Assembly (NCBI GenBank): GCA_965222155.1
Contig: CBDCTH010000012.1
Span: 192,001-256,000 of the forward strand
DNA: 64,000 nt
Direction: 5' to 3'
DNA from: Gammaproteobacteria bacterium
GTDB lineage: Bacteria; Pseudomonadota; Gammaproteobacteria; Eutrophobiales; Eutrophobiaceae
The notes beneath the pieces are model-generated. The model searched no databases and was not told where the DNA came from. It worked only from the letters and a program-made list of their open reading frames with translations. Each line of letters begins with the position of its first letter. Positions within the stretch are counted from its first letter, which is position 1. This document shows, one piece after another, positions 49,113-58,848 of the stretch. A program made the position numbers and the translations under genes.

Positions 49113-50045
49113 ATGAAACAAGTCAGAAACCTGGTGGCGGAATTTGCCGGTCGTAAGCCTGTCCGCACAGGGTCACTGATCGTCAGTGTGTTCGGCGATG
49201 CCATTTCGCAGCATGGGAACTCGGTCTGGCTGGGTAGTTTGATCAAGGCGCTGAAACCCTTCGGATTGAATCCGCGACAAATCCGCACGGCGGTATTCAG
49301 GCTGGCAAAAGCAGACTGGCTGACCGCCAGGCAGGTGGGCAGGCGCAGCTATTACAGCTTTACCGAGGCGGGGCAAAGACATTATAAGCAGGCCGCAAGA
49401 CGGATTTATCATCCCGGCCGGCAACCCTGGAATGGAAAATGGACTCTGGTACTGCCGACTTTGCTCGATAATGAAGAAAAGGAACTATTGCGCAAGGAAT
49501 TATCATGGCTTGGCTATGGCGCGTTAACACCGGGTATGCTGGCACATCCGTCCGCTGAGCGGCAGCCTCTGGATGAAACCCTGCTGGAATTGAAGCTGAC
49601 AGACAAGGTAGTCGTATTTATTGCCAATACCGAGGAGGTTGCCTCCCGCGAAGTGTTGAGGAAATTATCTCATGATTGCTGGAGGCTGGCCGGGATAGAA
49701 AAGAAGTATCATCATTTTATTCAGCGTTTCAGCCCGGTCTATCGCGCTGTCAGGAGAGCAAAGAAAAGAGATGCTGAGCAATGTTTTCAAGTCCGAACTC
49801 TGTTGATTCATGCGTATCGCCGTATACAGTTGCAGGATTCCGATCTTCCCGAAGAACTCCTGCCGCCAAACTGGCCGGGCGTCACGGCATATAATCTCAC
49901 AAAAAATATATACCGTGCCGTGCAGAAAGATTCGGTTGACTACCTGATGAAGAATATGGAAACCATTGAGGGCAGTCTGAGCGAACCTGCGAGAGGGTTC
50001 TATTCCCGCTTCAACGGTGCCCTCCCAGGGAAACATGCGGGTTAG
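49113..50045 (+). CDS. paaX: Phenylacetate degradation repressor
   Basis: GSLIVSVFGDAI, VWLGSLI, RTAVFRL, LLIHAYRR...LPEELLP..WPG. Confidence 0.95.
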   Translation: MKQVRNLVAEFAGRKPVRTGSLIVSVFGDAISQHGNSVWLGSLIKALKPFGLNPRQIRTAVFRLAKADWLTARQVGRRSYYSFTEAGQRHYKQAARRIYHPGRQPWNGKWTLVLPTLLDNEEKELLRKELSWLGYGALTPGMLAHPSAERQPLDETLLELKLTDKVVVFIANTEEVASREVLRKLSHDCWRLAGIEKKYHHFIQRFSPVYRAVRRAKKRDAEQCFQVRTLLIHAYRRIQLQDSDLPEELLPPNWPGVTAYNLTKNIYRAVQKDSVDYLMKNMETIEGSLSEPARGFYSRFNGALPGKHAG

Positions 50046-50120
50046 GGGACAGATTTAAATCTGTCCCCCCTGTCTTCGGCAAAAATCACTGTATTGACCT
50101 CGATTTAGTGGGAGCGCCTG
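50019..50120 (+). mobile_element. Partial MITE A overlapping the paaX 3' end
   Basis: CCCTCCCAGGGAAACATG...GGGGACAGATTTAAATCTGTCCCC...TTAGTGGGAGCGCCTG. Confidence 0.8.
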
Positions 50121-50326
50121 CAGGGCAAACGCATACTTTTGAATTCAGATGTTTTTACCCGATTCCGTCATTCTGGCGCAGGCCGGAATCCAGTGAATAA
50201 CCCTTCATTACCCTGAGCATGCGCTGTTGTTTGACTGGATGCTGGCATTCGCCAGCATGACGGGCGGTGTTTTCCGGTTGGTTTCCTGTCTTCTGCAACA
50301 GAATCCAAAAGTATGCGGTTGCCCTG
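50121..50326. mobile_element. MITE family B, full length (206 bp)
   Basis: CAGGGCAAACGCATACTTTTG...CAAAAGTATGCGGTTGCCCTG; perfect 10-bp TSD GGAGCGCCTG. Confidence 0.92.
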
Positions 50327-50351
50327 GGAGCGCCTGTACAAACGCAGCTGT

Positions 50352-50390
50352 TTGACCGGAGATAGGCTTTTAGTGTATCCTGTACACTAA
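50352..50390 (+). promoter_or_regulatory. Putative promoter with a palindromic operator
   Basis: TTGACC-N18-TATCCT; TTAGTGTA-N5-TACACTAA overlaps the -10. Confidence 0.4.
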
Positions 50391-50506
50391 CCCGGATCGT
50401 TCAACGAGAACGGTTGGGTGGCTGCCATTCCCGGAACCGGGGCGGTACGGAGTGTGAAGCTCAAAACAGCGTTGAGTTATGATGTCTGGGGTTGAGGGGT
50501 ATGAAT

Positions 50507-50911
50507 ATGCAAAGTAAAAATATACGAAGTAAATTCATCGTACTGTTTATCTGCGCTTTCCCGATTGTGGCGTTTTCCGTGCAGCCGCTCTCGACGGAGA
50601 GGATGGTTGCACAATGCAGGACTGCACCAACGGATGTTGGCGGTTGGAAAACATGCGAATCCGGTTGGAATTGGCTCGAAGCGGAAAAGGGCTACTATAT
50701 CGATCTCGACAGCTTGAAGCCCATAACGACGCGTATGACCGGAGGAGGTTCTTGCGATTTCAGGGCGAGGCGATATACCGAAGTCAGTCCAGGGAATCGT
50801 CAGCCGAGAAAAATGGCTATCCAGGCTACCGCCAGTAGCCCTGCCGGCATAATCGGCGGGGTCGCCAGCACCTTGTGCGAATACACAATTAATGTCGTCG
50901 CCTACGAGTGA
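50507..50911 (+). CDS. Hypothetical secreted protein with 4 Cys in the mature part
   Basis: MQSKNIRSKFIVLFICAFPIVAFS signal-like N-terminus; start could also be 50501. Confidence 0.55.
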   Translation: MQSKNIRSKFIVLFICAFPIVAFSVQPLSTERMVAQCRTAPTDVGGWKTCESGWNWLEAEKGYYIDLDSLKPITTRMTGGGSCDFRARRYTEVSPGNRQPRKMAIQATASSPAGIIGGVASTLCEYTINVVAYE

Positions 50912-51123
50912 AGTGCTTCCGCGAACCAACATCGCAACGGGAGTATTAAGAAGTACAGTATGGATATCCGATACTCGGCGCGCGTAGGGAAGCAGACGGT
51001 TGTTTATCGCTTCCGATTGCAGCGCGTGGCGAGCGGACGTCAAACCGTCCCGGCTTTGGCAGGTCAGGTCGTGGCCGCTAAGTGAAGCAGGCTATCCCTG
51101 AATACAATTGGAGGAAACTGATC

Positions 51124-51597
51124 ATGCAATGGTTATTCATTCGAGTAAGACATTCCTGTTTCGTCGTAGCGACAATAGCCTTGGCCATAGCCGCGCCTGC
51201 ATCCGCTCAAACAGGAGCCGGCGCCGATAGTTGCGTCGAGCGTTACCAGCAATGCAATGGCGATTATTCTCAGTATCAAGAGGGCAAAACCATCCGCTGT
51301 GTGGCTGATGTTCTGCGCTGTTCCGGGGCGGATGCGGCGCAGGTCCGTTATCTGTTTACCCCGGAGAAAGCCATACGGGAATGGTATCGCAACTCGCAGT
51401 CAGCCAGCCGCGATCGACGCTACGTGTGCCACGAGACCGCAGACCGATGTTCGCGTCTGTGCCATGAAACCCTCGGGCGGACGGTTGGCTACAGCTATAA
51501 CGCCACAACCGGATATGGCGCTGTCTCGATCGTCGATAGCTGCGATCGTGTATGTCTTGCGCAAGCCGATCGATGCTCGGCGAGCACCGAAGGCTGA
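51124..51597 (+). CDS. Hypothetical secreted Cys-rich protein
   Basis: GGAGG RBS; signal peptide ending ASA-Q; 10 Cys in the mature part. Confidence 0.7.
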   Translation: MQWLFIRVRHSCFVVATIALAIAAPASAQTGAGADSCVERYQQCNGDYSQYQEGKTIRCVADVLRCSGADAAQVRYLFTPEKAIREWYRNSQSASRDRRYVCHETADRCSRLCHETLGRTVGYSYNATTGYGAVSIVDSCDRVCLAQADRCSASTEG

Positions 51598-51751
51598 CGG
51601 ACGCGCGCCTGAAGATGACGCTGCCATCCACGGTTTTGGCGTATCAATAGCCGATAAGAGTATGCGCCGGCCTTGGGGAAGCGGGGCGAAGCTCTATTGG
51701 CGCCTCCATCGATGGCTGTGACTGAAGGATGCCGAAACACCTGTCTGCCGG

Positions 51752-53065
51752 CTACTCCGCCCGCAGGGCGGTGATGGGATCAAGCCGGGCCGCCTGGTAA
51801 GCCGGATAGAACCCGAAGAAGATACCGACGGCCGATGCCACACCAAACCCGAGTATCACGGCTGCCGTCGACACCAGGAAAGTCCAGTCCGTGAAGTGAC
51901 AGATGGTGTAAGATGCCCCGATGCCGAGGGCGACCCCGAACAGTCCGCCGATCAGCGACAGGATAAGGGACTCCATCAGGAATTGACTTTGGATGTCCCC
52001 GCGGCGGGCGCCCAGCGCCCGCCTGATGCCGATTTCCTTGCGCCGTTCGGTCACCGAGACCAGCATGACATTCATCACTCCGACCCCTCCGACGATGAGC
52101 GAGATGCTGCCGATAGCGCCCAGTAACAGGGTAAACAATTGCATTTGTTTTTCCATCTGTTCGATCAGTTGTCTGGCACTTTCCACCTCCACCTCCAGGC
52201 CCTTGGCTTTGTGGCGGAAATAGGTCTGCACCTCTTCCGTTGCCGCCATATAGTGCACCTGGGGCTGCATACGCGCGATGACCGATTCAATCTCCGCCTC
52301 GCTGAATGCGCGCTGCGCGGTGGTGATAGGCACGAACACGGAGCGGTCTGTGTTGAACTGCCGCATACCCCATCCCGGGGTGTTCTGCAGTACCCCTACG
52401 ACGGTATAAAGACGCCCCGCCAGTTTGATTGTTTCGCCTACGAGCCGGCGCGCGCCGGCGCGCTGCATGGCCTGGGCGATCTCTCCCCCGATGACGCAGT
52501 AGTATCGACGAAAATCCAGGTCTGAGATAAACCGGCCGGTGGTAAGGAACAGCTTGTTGAGATCGGAGAAAGAGGCGGTGACTCCAAGTATCGCGCCATC
52601 GCCCACACGCTTCCCGGCATACACGAACTCTCCGAAGCCATGAGTCGAGGGGGCGGCTGCCAAGATGGATTCTGTCTTTACCGGGAGCTCTAAGGCGTCC
52701 GCCAGACGGATGGTGGCTGTCGCCTGACGGTCAGAGGTCACACCGCCGGCATCGGGGTTTCGGATGGTCAGGATGTCGGTGCCGAGTTCCTGGAATTGTG
52801 CGAGGGCTTCGCTCTTGACGATCTCACCTACCGAAATCATCGCGATCACCGAGCCGATTCCAATCACGATGCCGATCAACGCCAGCAGAGTACGCTGCTT
52901 GGCGGCATACAGACTGCTGACGGCCTCTTTGACGTTTGCCTTAAGCAGCAGCACGGATGGGTTCGCTTTTGATACTGCAGCAATTCCACGCCTGCTGCGC
53001 TTGAGGATTTTTTTGACGTTCGTCCTAAGGATCATGGATGGGCATAGCTCCCGTACCGACATCAC
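51752..53065 (-). CDS. MacB-like ABC transporter permease
   Basis: LIGIVIGIGSVIAM, GGVGVMNVMLVSVTERRKEIGIRRALGA, YPAYQAARLDPI. Confidence 0.95.
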   Translation of the reverse strand: MMSVRELCPSMILRTNVKKILKRSRRGIAAVSKANPSVLLLKANVKEAVSSLYAAKQRTLLALIGIVIGIGSVIAMISVGEIVKSEALAQFQELGTDILTIRNPDAGGVTSDRQATATIRLADALELPVKTESILAAAPSTHGFGEFVYAGKRVGDGAILGVTASFSDLNKLFLTTGRFISDLDFRRYYCVIGGEIAQAMQRAGARRLVGETIKLAGRLYTVVGVLQNTPGWGMRQFNTDRSVFVPITTAQRAFSEAEIESVIARMQPQVHYMAATEEVQTYFRHKAKGLEVEVESARQLIEQMEKQMQLFTLLLGAIGSISLIVGGVGVMNVMLVSVTERRKEIGIRRALGARRGDIQSQFLMESLILSLIGGLFGVALGIGASYTICHFTDWTFLVSTAAVILGFGVASAVGIFFGFYPAYQAARLDPITALRAE

Positions 53066-53787
53066 GCCGGATGCGGCGCCTCCTCATGCAACTCTCCGTC
53101 ACGGATGCGGGTGCGCCGCGTACATTGCCGGGCAATCGCCGGATCATGGGTAATGATGATGACGGTTACCTGTTCTTCCGCATTCAGGCGGATAAAAAGC
53201 TTCATGATCTCCGTGCCGATCTGAGGGTCCAGGGCGCCAGTAGGCTCATCGGCCAGGATGATGCCCGGTTCTCCGACCAGGGCCCGGGCGATGGCTACTC
53301 GCTGTTGCTGTCCGCCGGAGAGCTGATTCGGCTTGTGACTGCCCCGGTCCCCCAGGCCGACCTTGTCCAGGACTCTCTGCACGCGTCGCTTGATCTCCTT
53401 GTCTGCCAGACCTCGATATACCAGCGGAACACCGACGTTTTCCTGGGCAGTCAGGCGCGCCAGCAGATTGAAGGACTGAAACACGAAGCCGATGCTGGTG
53501 TTCCGAATGACGGACAACTCGTTGTCGCCAGCGCTCGAGACTTCTCGTCCTCCCAGGAGATAGGAGCCGTTCGTGGGCTGGTCCAACAGGCCGATGATAT
53601 TCATCAGGGTCGATTTACCACACCCCGATGGCCCCATGATCGACAACAGGTCGCCTCGGTTCACCTCGAGGTTAACCCCCCGCAGGATCTCCACGGCAAT
53701 GGGGCCGATATGATACGTCTTGCAGATATCTACCAGAGCGCAGCATAGCGAGCGTCTCCGGTCAGGTTCCGGAAAGCACGACTTCAT
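53062..53787 (-). CDS. ABC transporter ATP-binding protein (MacB/LolD-like)
   Basis: [30 protein letters not shown]. Confidence 0.96.
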   Translation of the reverse strand: MKSCFPEPDRRRSLCCALVDICKTYHIGPIAVEILRGVNLEVNRGDLLSIMGPSGCGKSTLMNIIGLLDQPTNGSYLLGGREVSSAGDNELSVIRNTSIGFVFQSFNLLARLTAQENVGVPLVYRGLADKEIKRRVQRVLDKVGLGDRGSHKPNQLSGGQQQRVAIARALVGEPGIILADEPTGALDPQIGTEIMKLFIRLNAEEQVTVIIITHDPAIARQCTRRTRIRDGELHEEAPHPA

Positions 53788-55561
53788 CGCCGGGCGCGAG
53801 CCCGTGGACGATTTCCACCCTATCCACGGTGGTTACCCCAACATCCACCCGCACCTCCCGCACCTCATCGGTCTCTTTGTCCTTGACCCGCAGCCAGGTT
53901 TCGGCGTCGCGCATTTCAATAGCATCGAAGGGCACGAGCAACGCGTCCGGCCTGGCATAGACGATGACCTCAAGATCAGCTGACATGCCCAGACGCACCT
54001 CCCGCCGTTGTGCCGGGGTGAGATTCCCGATAGCCACAGTGACCTGGAATGATGGCAATTCATCTCTCCCTTGTCCATTGCCCGCCTGTGAGGAGACCTG
54101 GACGATCGTCCCCTGCAGTGTCTGGTCGGGGAAAGCATCACCGCTGATCCTGACCTCATGTTGCGGATGAATTTTCGTAATATCCACCTCGTCCACCCAG
54201 CCGACGACCGACAGACTGTCAAGCTCCCCGATAGTCAGCAGGCGCTCCCCCTGCGTCACCGACCGGCCAGCCGCGATACGTCCGGAATCCCCACTCGACT
54301 GACTGCGCCGGTCGTCACGACGCGGCTGGAGGATAACACCCCCGACCGGCGCCTCGACCACCGTCTTTTGCAGGGCTTGTTCCAACTGCCGCATCCGAAT
54401 ACGAGTATTGTCGAGTTGCAACCGGGCTACCTGCCTGGCGTCAGCATCGCCCTTGTCCAGCACGGCCTGGAGGTCCTGCTGAGTCGCTTCATAGTCCAAC
54501 TGCTGGTTACGGTATTGCTGTTCGGCCGCCTGGTGCTCCGAGGCGGGGATGACCCCCTGCTGCTGCAGAAAGGCGGTTTCGTCCAGCTTGTTGCGCTGAT
54601 CCTCAAGCGCCATCTTGGCTCTGCTGACCCCCCGCCGGGCGCGCACCACCTCAAGGCTGTTGGCCCAGTCCTCCAGCTCTTTGAAATGTCCGAGGGCTTT
54701 GATATACGCCGATTGAGCCTCGCGATACTCCCGTTCGACCTCGACGGCATCCAGTTTCAGCAGTTGTTGTCCTTTGGACACCTGTTCGCCGTACTGAAAA
54801 TGGATGGCAGCCACCTTGCCGGCGAGCGGACTGATGATGTTTACCTCACGGCGGGGCGCCAGCCGTCCGGATAACAGGATCGTCGAGTAAACCCGTTGCG
54901 GTTCAACAACCAGGGTGTGCAGGGCCGTGGCGGCCGGCGCCGCAGCGCGTGGTGTCGGCATGTCTGGTGCTGCCGACTGGAGATTCGTGTCCCAGCTACG
55001 TAACCCGGCTGCCAGAAACAGGCTGATGACAAATACCGTCGCCACCACCCGCACCACCTGTACCTTCTTCAGGGCTGAGGCCAGCGTCTGATTGTTTTCT
55101 TCAATCTTTCGGTAAGCCTCCTGAAGTTCGATATGTTGCGCCTTGATCGATTCCGTCAGTTGCAACTCGGCTTCCCGCAGCTCCCTGATTTCGGTAATAT
55201 CGCTGAATACGGCGATGACGCCGATTCTTTGAATACCGCCATCCTGGCTGACCTGCAGATACGAGGTGGTAAGCGCAAGGGAACGCGTTGTATCGCCCAG
55301 GGGCACCCTGACCACCCGCTGATGACCAACCGCCGCTTCATAGACAGCATCAAAGATGGTTTGGGTAAAATCGTCCATGCCATCCATGGTCAGAAAGATT
55401 TCACCGAATACGCGCCCTAGCACCTCCTCAGGCACAAGCCCCAGCATATGGGAAGCCGCCGGGTTGAATGTCATGATGCGGCCCTCGAGATCAATCGTCA
55501 TGACCCCGTCATTCATGTTGTCCAGGACATTTTTATGGATCAGGGCTTCCCGGTCCATCAT
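53762..55561 (-). CDS. PAS-domain-fused periplasmic adaptor (MacA/HlyD-like membrane fusion protein)
   Basis: N-terminal PAS (VLDNMNDGVMTID...FNPAA...FSDITE), coiled coil, one TM, then lipoyl halves (SPLAGKV...GEQVSKGQ; APVGGVI) and a beta-barrel. Confidence 0.88.
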   Translation of the reverse strand: MMDREALIHKNVLDNMNDGVMTIDLEGRIMTFNPAASHMLGLVPEEVLGRVFGEIFLTMDGMDDFTQTIFDAVYEAAVGHQRVVRVPLGDTTRSLALTTSYLQVSQDGGIQRIGVIAVFSDITEIRELREAELQLTESIKAQHIELQEAYRKIEENNQTLASALKKVQVVRVVATVFVISLFLAAGLRSWDTNLQSAAPDMPTPRAAAPAATALHTLVVEPQRVYSTILLSGRLAPRREVNIISPLAGKVAAIHFQYGEQVSKGQQLLKLDAVEVEREYREAQSAYIKALGHFKELEDWANSLEVVRARRGVSRAKMALEDQRNKLDETAFLQQQGVIPASEHQAAEQQYRNQQLDYEATQQDLQAVLDKGDADARQVARLQLDNTRIRMRQLEQALQKTVVEAPVGGVILQPRRDDRRSQSSGDSGRIAAGRSVTQGERLLTIGELDSLSVVGWVDEVDITKIHPQHEVRISGDAFPDQTLQGTIVQVSSQAGNGQGRDELPSFQVTVAIGNLTPAQRREVRLGMSADLEVIVYARPDALLVPFDAIEMRDAETWLRVKDKETDEVREVRVDVGVTTVDRVEIVHGLAPGDEVVLSGT

Positions 55562-57024
55562 TCTTCCATCCGTTTGACGTCGATCTGCCAGGTTTCCAGG
55601 GTCGTGCCCAAGGTCTGGTCAAGTGAAGTCAGGGCGTTCAGGTAAGCGATCACCGCGCCTACTTCGCTGTTCTGGGCGTCTACCAGATCGTCCTCGAACC
55701 TGACCAGTTGAAAGTTTGTCGACAGGCCCAATTTCAGCTTCTCCTGCTCAATGTCCAACTTTTGTTCGGCGAGCTCACGCGCCCGTTGAGCCAACTCGAC
55801 CTGTCGAAATCGCACGTCGACCTCGCGCACCGCGTTGAGGACAATGATATCGACTTTCTGGCGCAACTCCTCCAGGTTACGTCTGGCCTGCTCCAGTCTG
55901 ATCCTGGCGGTCGAATAGTTTCGCCTGGGAGCGCGGTCCACCAGAGGGATGGCCAGGTTCAGCCCGATACGATAGTCACCCCCATTATCAAACGCCGTAC
56001 CAATGGAATCGCTGCCCGAGAGATCCACGGAGGAGGTCAAGGACAAATCCCACAGGCGGTTGTTTTTGGCGACCAGGAGGGCGGTCTCGGAGTTCTCAAT
56101 ATGCAACAGCGCCTGTAAATATTCGGGACGGTGTTGTAACGCCAGCTCCATGCTGCGCGTTACATCGGGTTTTATGGGATCCACGGTCATGGTTTCCGTC
56201 GGTTCGACCTGGGTACGGCTGTCGATATCCAGGATGTCGATCAGGGCGAGACGGGCAGCGTCCAGGCTATTGCGCGTCTCGGTGAGCCTCAATTCACGGT
56301 TGGCCACTTCCGCTTCGGCCTGGACGATATCGCGTGCGGCCATCCGGCCAGCCTGGATCAGCAACTGGTTCACAGCCAGCAAGTCCTTGCCCCGCTGCAG
56401 CGAACGAGTGCTGATTTCCAGCCGTCGTTTGGCTTGGATAAAGCTTCGATAGGTCTGGATAACTGAGGTGACAATATTGATAACCACCGCTTTGAACCCG
56501 AGGACGTTGATCTCCTCCATACGCCGGGCAGTCCTGAGCGAGGCGGTACCGACCTTGACTCCGCCGCCTTTCAACAGAGGCTGGCTGAAGCTGAACCTCA
56601 ATGCGGTATGGAACTGATCGGCGACGGAATTTTCCCAGTCAAAGCCAAGCTGTCCCCCGGTAGGAATGCGCAGGGTCACCCCGGAGGAAATAGCCGCATC
56701 AGCGCTGTCTTCCCGATATTCCCCGGATTGTGAGAGGTACCTGGTAGACGGCGTGACGTTTACCTTTGGCCAAAACTCGTCCTCGCTCGCTTCAAGAGCG
56801 AACTTATCCAGGACGCGGCCAAGGCGGGCATTGATGAGACTCCGGTTATTCCGCAAGGCCAGCGCAATAGTGTCGGCCAGGTTGAGTTTCAGCGGCAGTG
56901 ACTGGAGATGTTCAGGTTGTTCATCCCCTGCCGACCCGGCACCTGGGGAGATCAGCAACAGGACGAAAAAAATGCTCACAAGCCTCATAGGCATCCAAGA
57001 GAAAATCGAGTCAGGACTGTACAC
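55558..57024 (-). CDS. TolC-family outer membrane factor
   Basis: Signal peptide, LADTIALALRNN, two OEP-like repeats; the true start may be a downstream ATG (MPMRLVS). Confidence 0.9.
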   Translation of the reverse strand: MYSPDSIFSWMPMRLVSIFFVLLLISPGAGSAGDEQPEHLQSLPLKLNLADTIALALRNNRSLINARLGRVLDKFALEASEDEFWPKVNVTPSTRYLSQSGEYREDSADAAISSGVTLRIPTGGQLGFDWENSVADQFHTALRFSFSQPLLKGGGVKVGTASLRTARRMEEINVLGFKAVVINIVTSVIQTYRSFIQAKRRLEISTRSLQRGKDLLAVNQLLIQAGRMAARDIVQAEAEVANRELRLTETRNSLDAARLALIDILDIDSRTQVEPTETMTVDPIKPDVTRSMELALQHRPEYLQALLHIENSETALLVAKNNRLWDLSLTSSVDLSGSDSIGTAFDNGGDYRIGLNLAIPLVDRAPRRNYSTARIRLEQARRNLEELRQKVDIIVLNAVREVDVRFRQVELAQRARELAEQKLDIEQEKLKLGLSTNFQLVRFEDDLVDAQNSEVGAVIAYLNALTSLDQTLGTTLETWQIDVKRMEE

Positions 57025-57072
57025 GCTAAATTCTACTACATACTATACTTGGTTTACCTGCTCCTGTCTAAA

Positions 57073-57364
57073 GCAAGATCATACTTGTCGTCATCAGGGC
57101 AAACGCATACTTTTGAATTCAGATGTTTTTGCCCGATTCCGTCATTCTGGCGCAGGCCAGAATCCAGTGAATAACCCTTCATTACCCTGAGCCTGCGCTG
57201 TTGTTTGACTGGATGCTGGCATTCGCCAGCATGACGGGCGGTGTTTTCCGGTTGGTTTCCTGTCTTCTGCAACAGAATCCAAAAGTATGCGGTTGCCCTG
57301 ACTTGTTGTCATAAGGAAGAGGTTTTTTATTCCAAATAATATATAAAAGTATGCGTTCGCCCTG
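57073..57364. mobile_element. Nested MITEs: family B (57095-57300) inserted into a small ISAs1-like MITE C
   Basis: B is flanked by ACTTGTCGTCAT / ACTTGTTGTCAT; host ends GCAAGATCATAC...GTATGCGTTCGCCCTG. Confidence 0.85.
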
Positions 57365-57382
57365 TCATATGTACTAAACCCG

Positions 57383-57550
57383 CAGCAGTTCCCGCTAACG
57401 CCCGGGATCGAGGGCATCCTGCCCGCGTGGAGGGCGAGACGCCCTCCCTCCCAGGGAAACATGCCCCCTTATGGTCAGACTCCCAGGGGACAGATTTAAA
57501 TCTGTCCCCCTTGTCTTAAACTGTATTGACCTTGATTTAGCAGGAGCCGC
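57383..57550 (+). mobile_element. MITE family A
   Basis: CAGCAGTTCCCGCTAA start, both internal hairpin blocks, degenerate right end. Confidence 0.85.
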
Positions 57551-57756
57551 CGTCCTGGTAATCGATTGCTGGTAATCGATTGCTTGAGAGATTAGTTTGT
57601 CATATGATAACCTGCCGGTTCCACGGGTTCAGAAACAGACGGCGTAACACTTCACGAACCGGCTATGTCACGAGCACCCTGACACCCGGCTGGAATTGAC
57701 TGAAACCCGGATGGAAAATCATCAATCAATGTCGCATCGAAACTCAAGGAGCAGCT

Positions 57757-58794
57757 ATGGCTACGCGCAAAATTGCCGATGATCCACGTATAGATCCCCG
57801 TCTCAAAGCGGTTTCGGATCAGCTACCCGTCCAGCCTGTTCTGAACGTGAAGAACCGTGAGGAGTTGCTGGCGATTGTGGCATCCGCTGAAACCCGGCAG
57901 CACTTTGCCGAGCAGGATGCCTGGCTGGATGCCATGAACAGCGAAGCAATTGCCCCTTCCGCAGGCCTGTCGATACGCACGCTCGAATTTGCCTCACAAC
58001 CCGATGGCAATACCGTCAAAATTCTGTTCATGCGGCCGCACACCGAGGGGCAACTGCCATGCGTCTATTACATTCATGGTGGCGGCATGATGGCTTTCTC
58101 CTGCTTCTTTGGCAATTATCAGACTTGGGGGAGAATGATTGCCCACCAGGGTGTGGCGCTGGCGCTGGTGGATTTCCGCAATTGCCTGATGCCGTCCTCC
58201 TCACCGGAGGTGGCGCCGTTTCCAGCCGGTTTGAACGATTGTGTGTCGGGAATACGCTGGATGACCGATAATAGCGCGCAGTTGAACATTGACCCCAAGC
58301 GCATCATCGTCTCCGGTGAAAGCGGTGGCGGCAACCTGGCATTGGCAAGCGCGATAGCGCTGAATCGGGAGGGCGAAATCCATCGGATCAGCGGGGTCTA
58401 CGCTTTGTGCCCCTATATTGCCGGTGACTATCCGCGTCCCGAATACCCGTCCACAACCGAGAACAACGGCATATTTTTGCAGTTGCACCACAACAGCAGC
58501 CGCATGGCCTACGGGATTCAAGCGTTTGACGAGCGCAACCCCCTGGCCTGGCCCGATTTTGCCTCCGGCGCTGACATCGGAGGATTCCCCCCGACGGTTA
58601 TCAGCGTCAACGAATGCGACCCCTTGCGGGACGAAGGCATCCACTTTTATCGCTTGCTGCTCGCCAATGGCGTGGCGGCGCGGTGTCGCCAGGTGATGGG
58701 CACGATTCACGCAACCGAGATTCTTCCCGTCGTCTGCCCGGAGATCAGCCGTGATACCGCCCGGGACTTAGCGGCCTTCTGCCGGGGCGACTGA
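57757..58794 (+). CDS. HSL-family (alpha/beta hydrolase_3) esterase/lipase
   Basis: HGGG, GESGGG, DPLRDEG, His near the C-terminus. Confidence 0.92.
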   Translation: MATRKIADDPRIDPRLKAVSDQLPVQPVLNVKNREELLAIVASAETRQHFAEQDAWLDAMNSEAIAPSAGLSIRTLEFASQPDGNTVKILFMRPHTEGQLPCVYYIHGGGMMAFSCFFGNYQTWGRMIAHQGVALALVDFRNCLMPSSSPEVAPFPAGLNDCVSGIRWMTDNSAQLNIDPKRIIVSGESGGGNLALASAIALNREGEIHRISGVYALCPYIAGDYPRPEYPSTTENNGIFLQLHHNSSRMAYGIQAFDERNPLAWPDFASGADIGGFPPTVISVNECDPLRDEGIHFYRLLLANGVAARCRQVMGTIHATEILPVVCPEISRDTARDLAAFCRGD

Positions 58795-58848
58795 TGCAAA
58801 CGAAAACTGATTCAAGCTGTTGTATTCCGAGAGAGAAAGAGGAAACGT

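Noticed and set aside
50477-51043. 188-aa minus-strand ORF
   Set aside because: It overlaps a plus-strand ORF that has a signal peptide and upstream promoter features, and it has no recognisable motifs.
57555-57582. 14-bp tandem duplication CTGGTAATCGATTG
   Set aside because: Only two copies next to a degenerate MITE end; most likely slippage or an excision scar.
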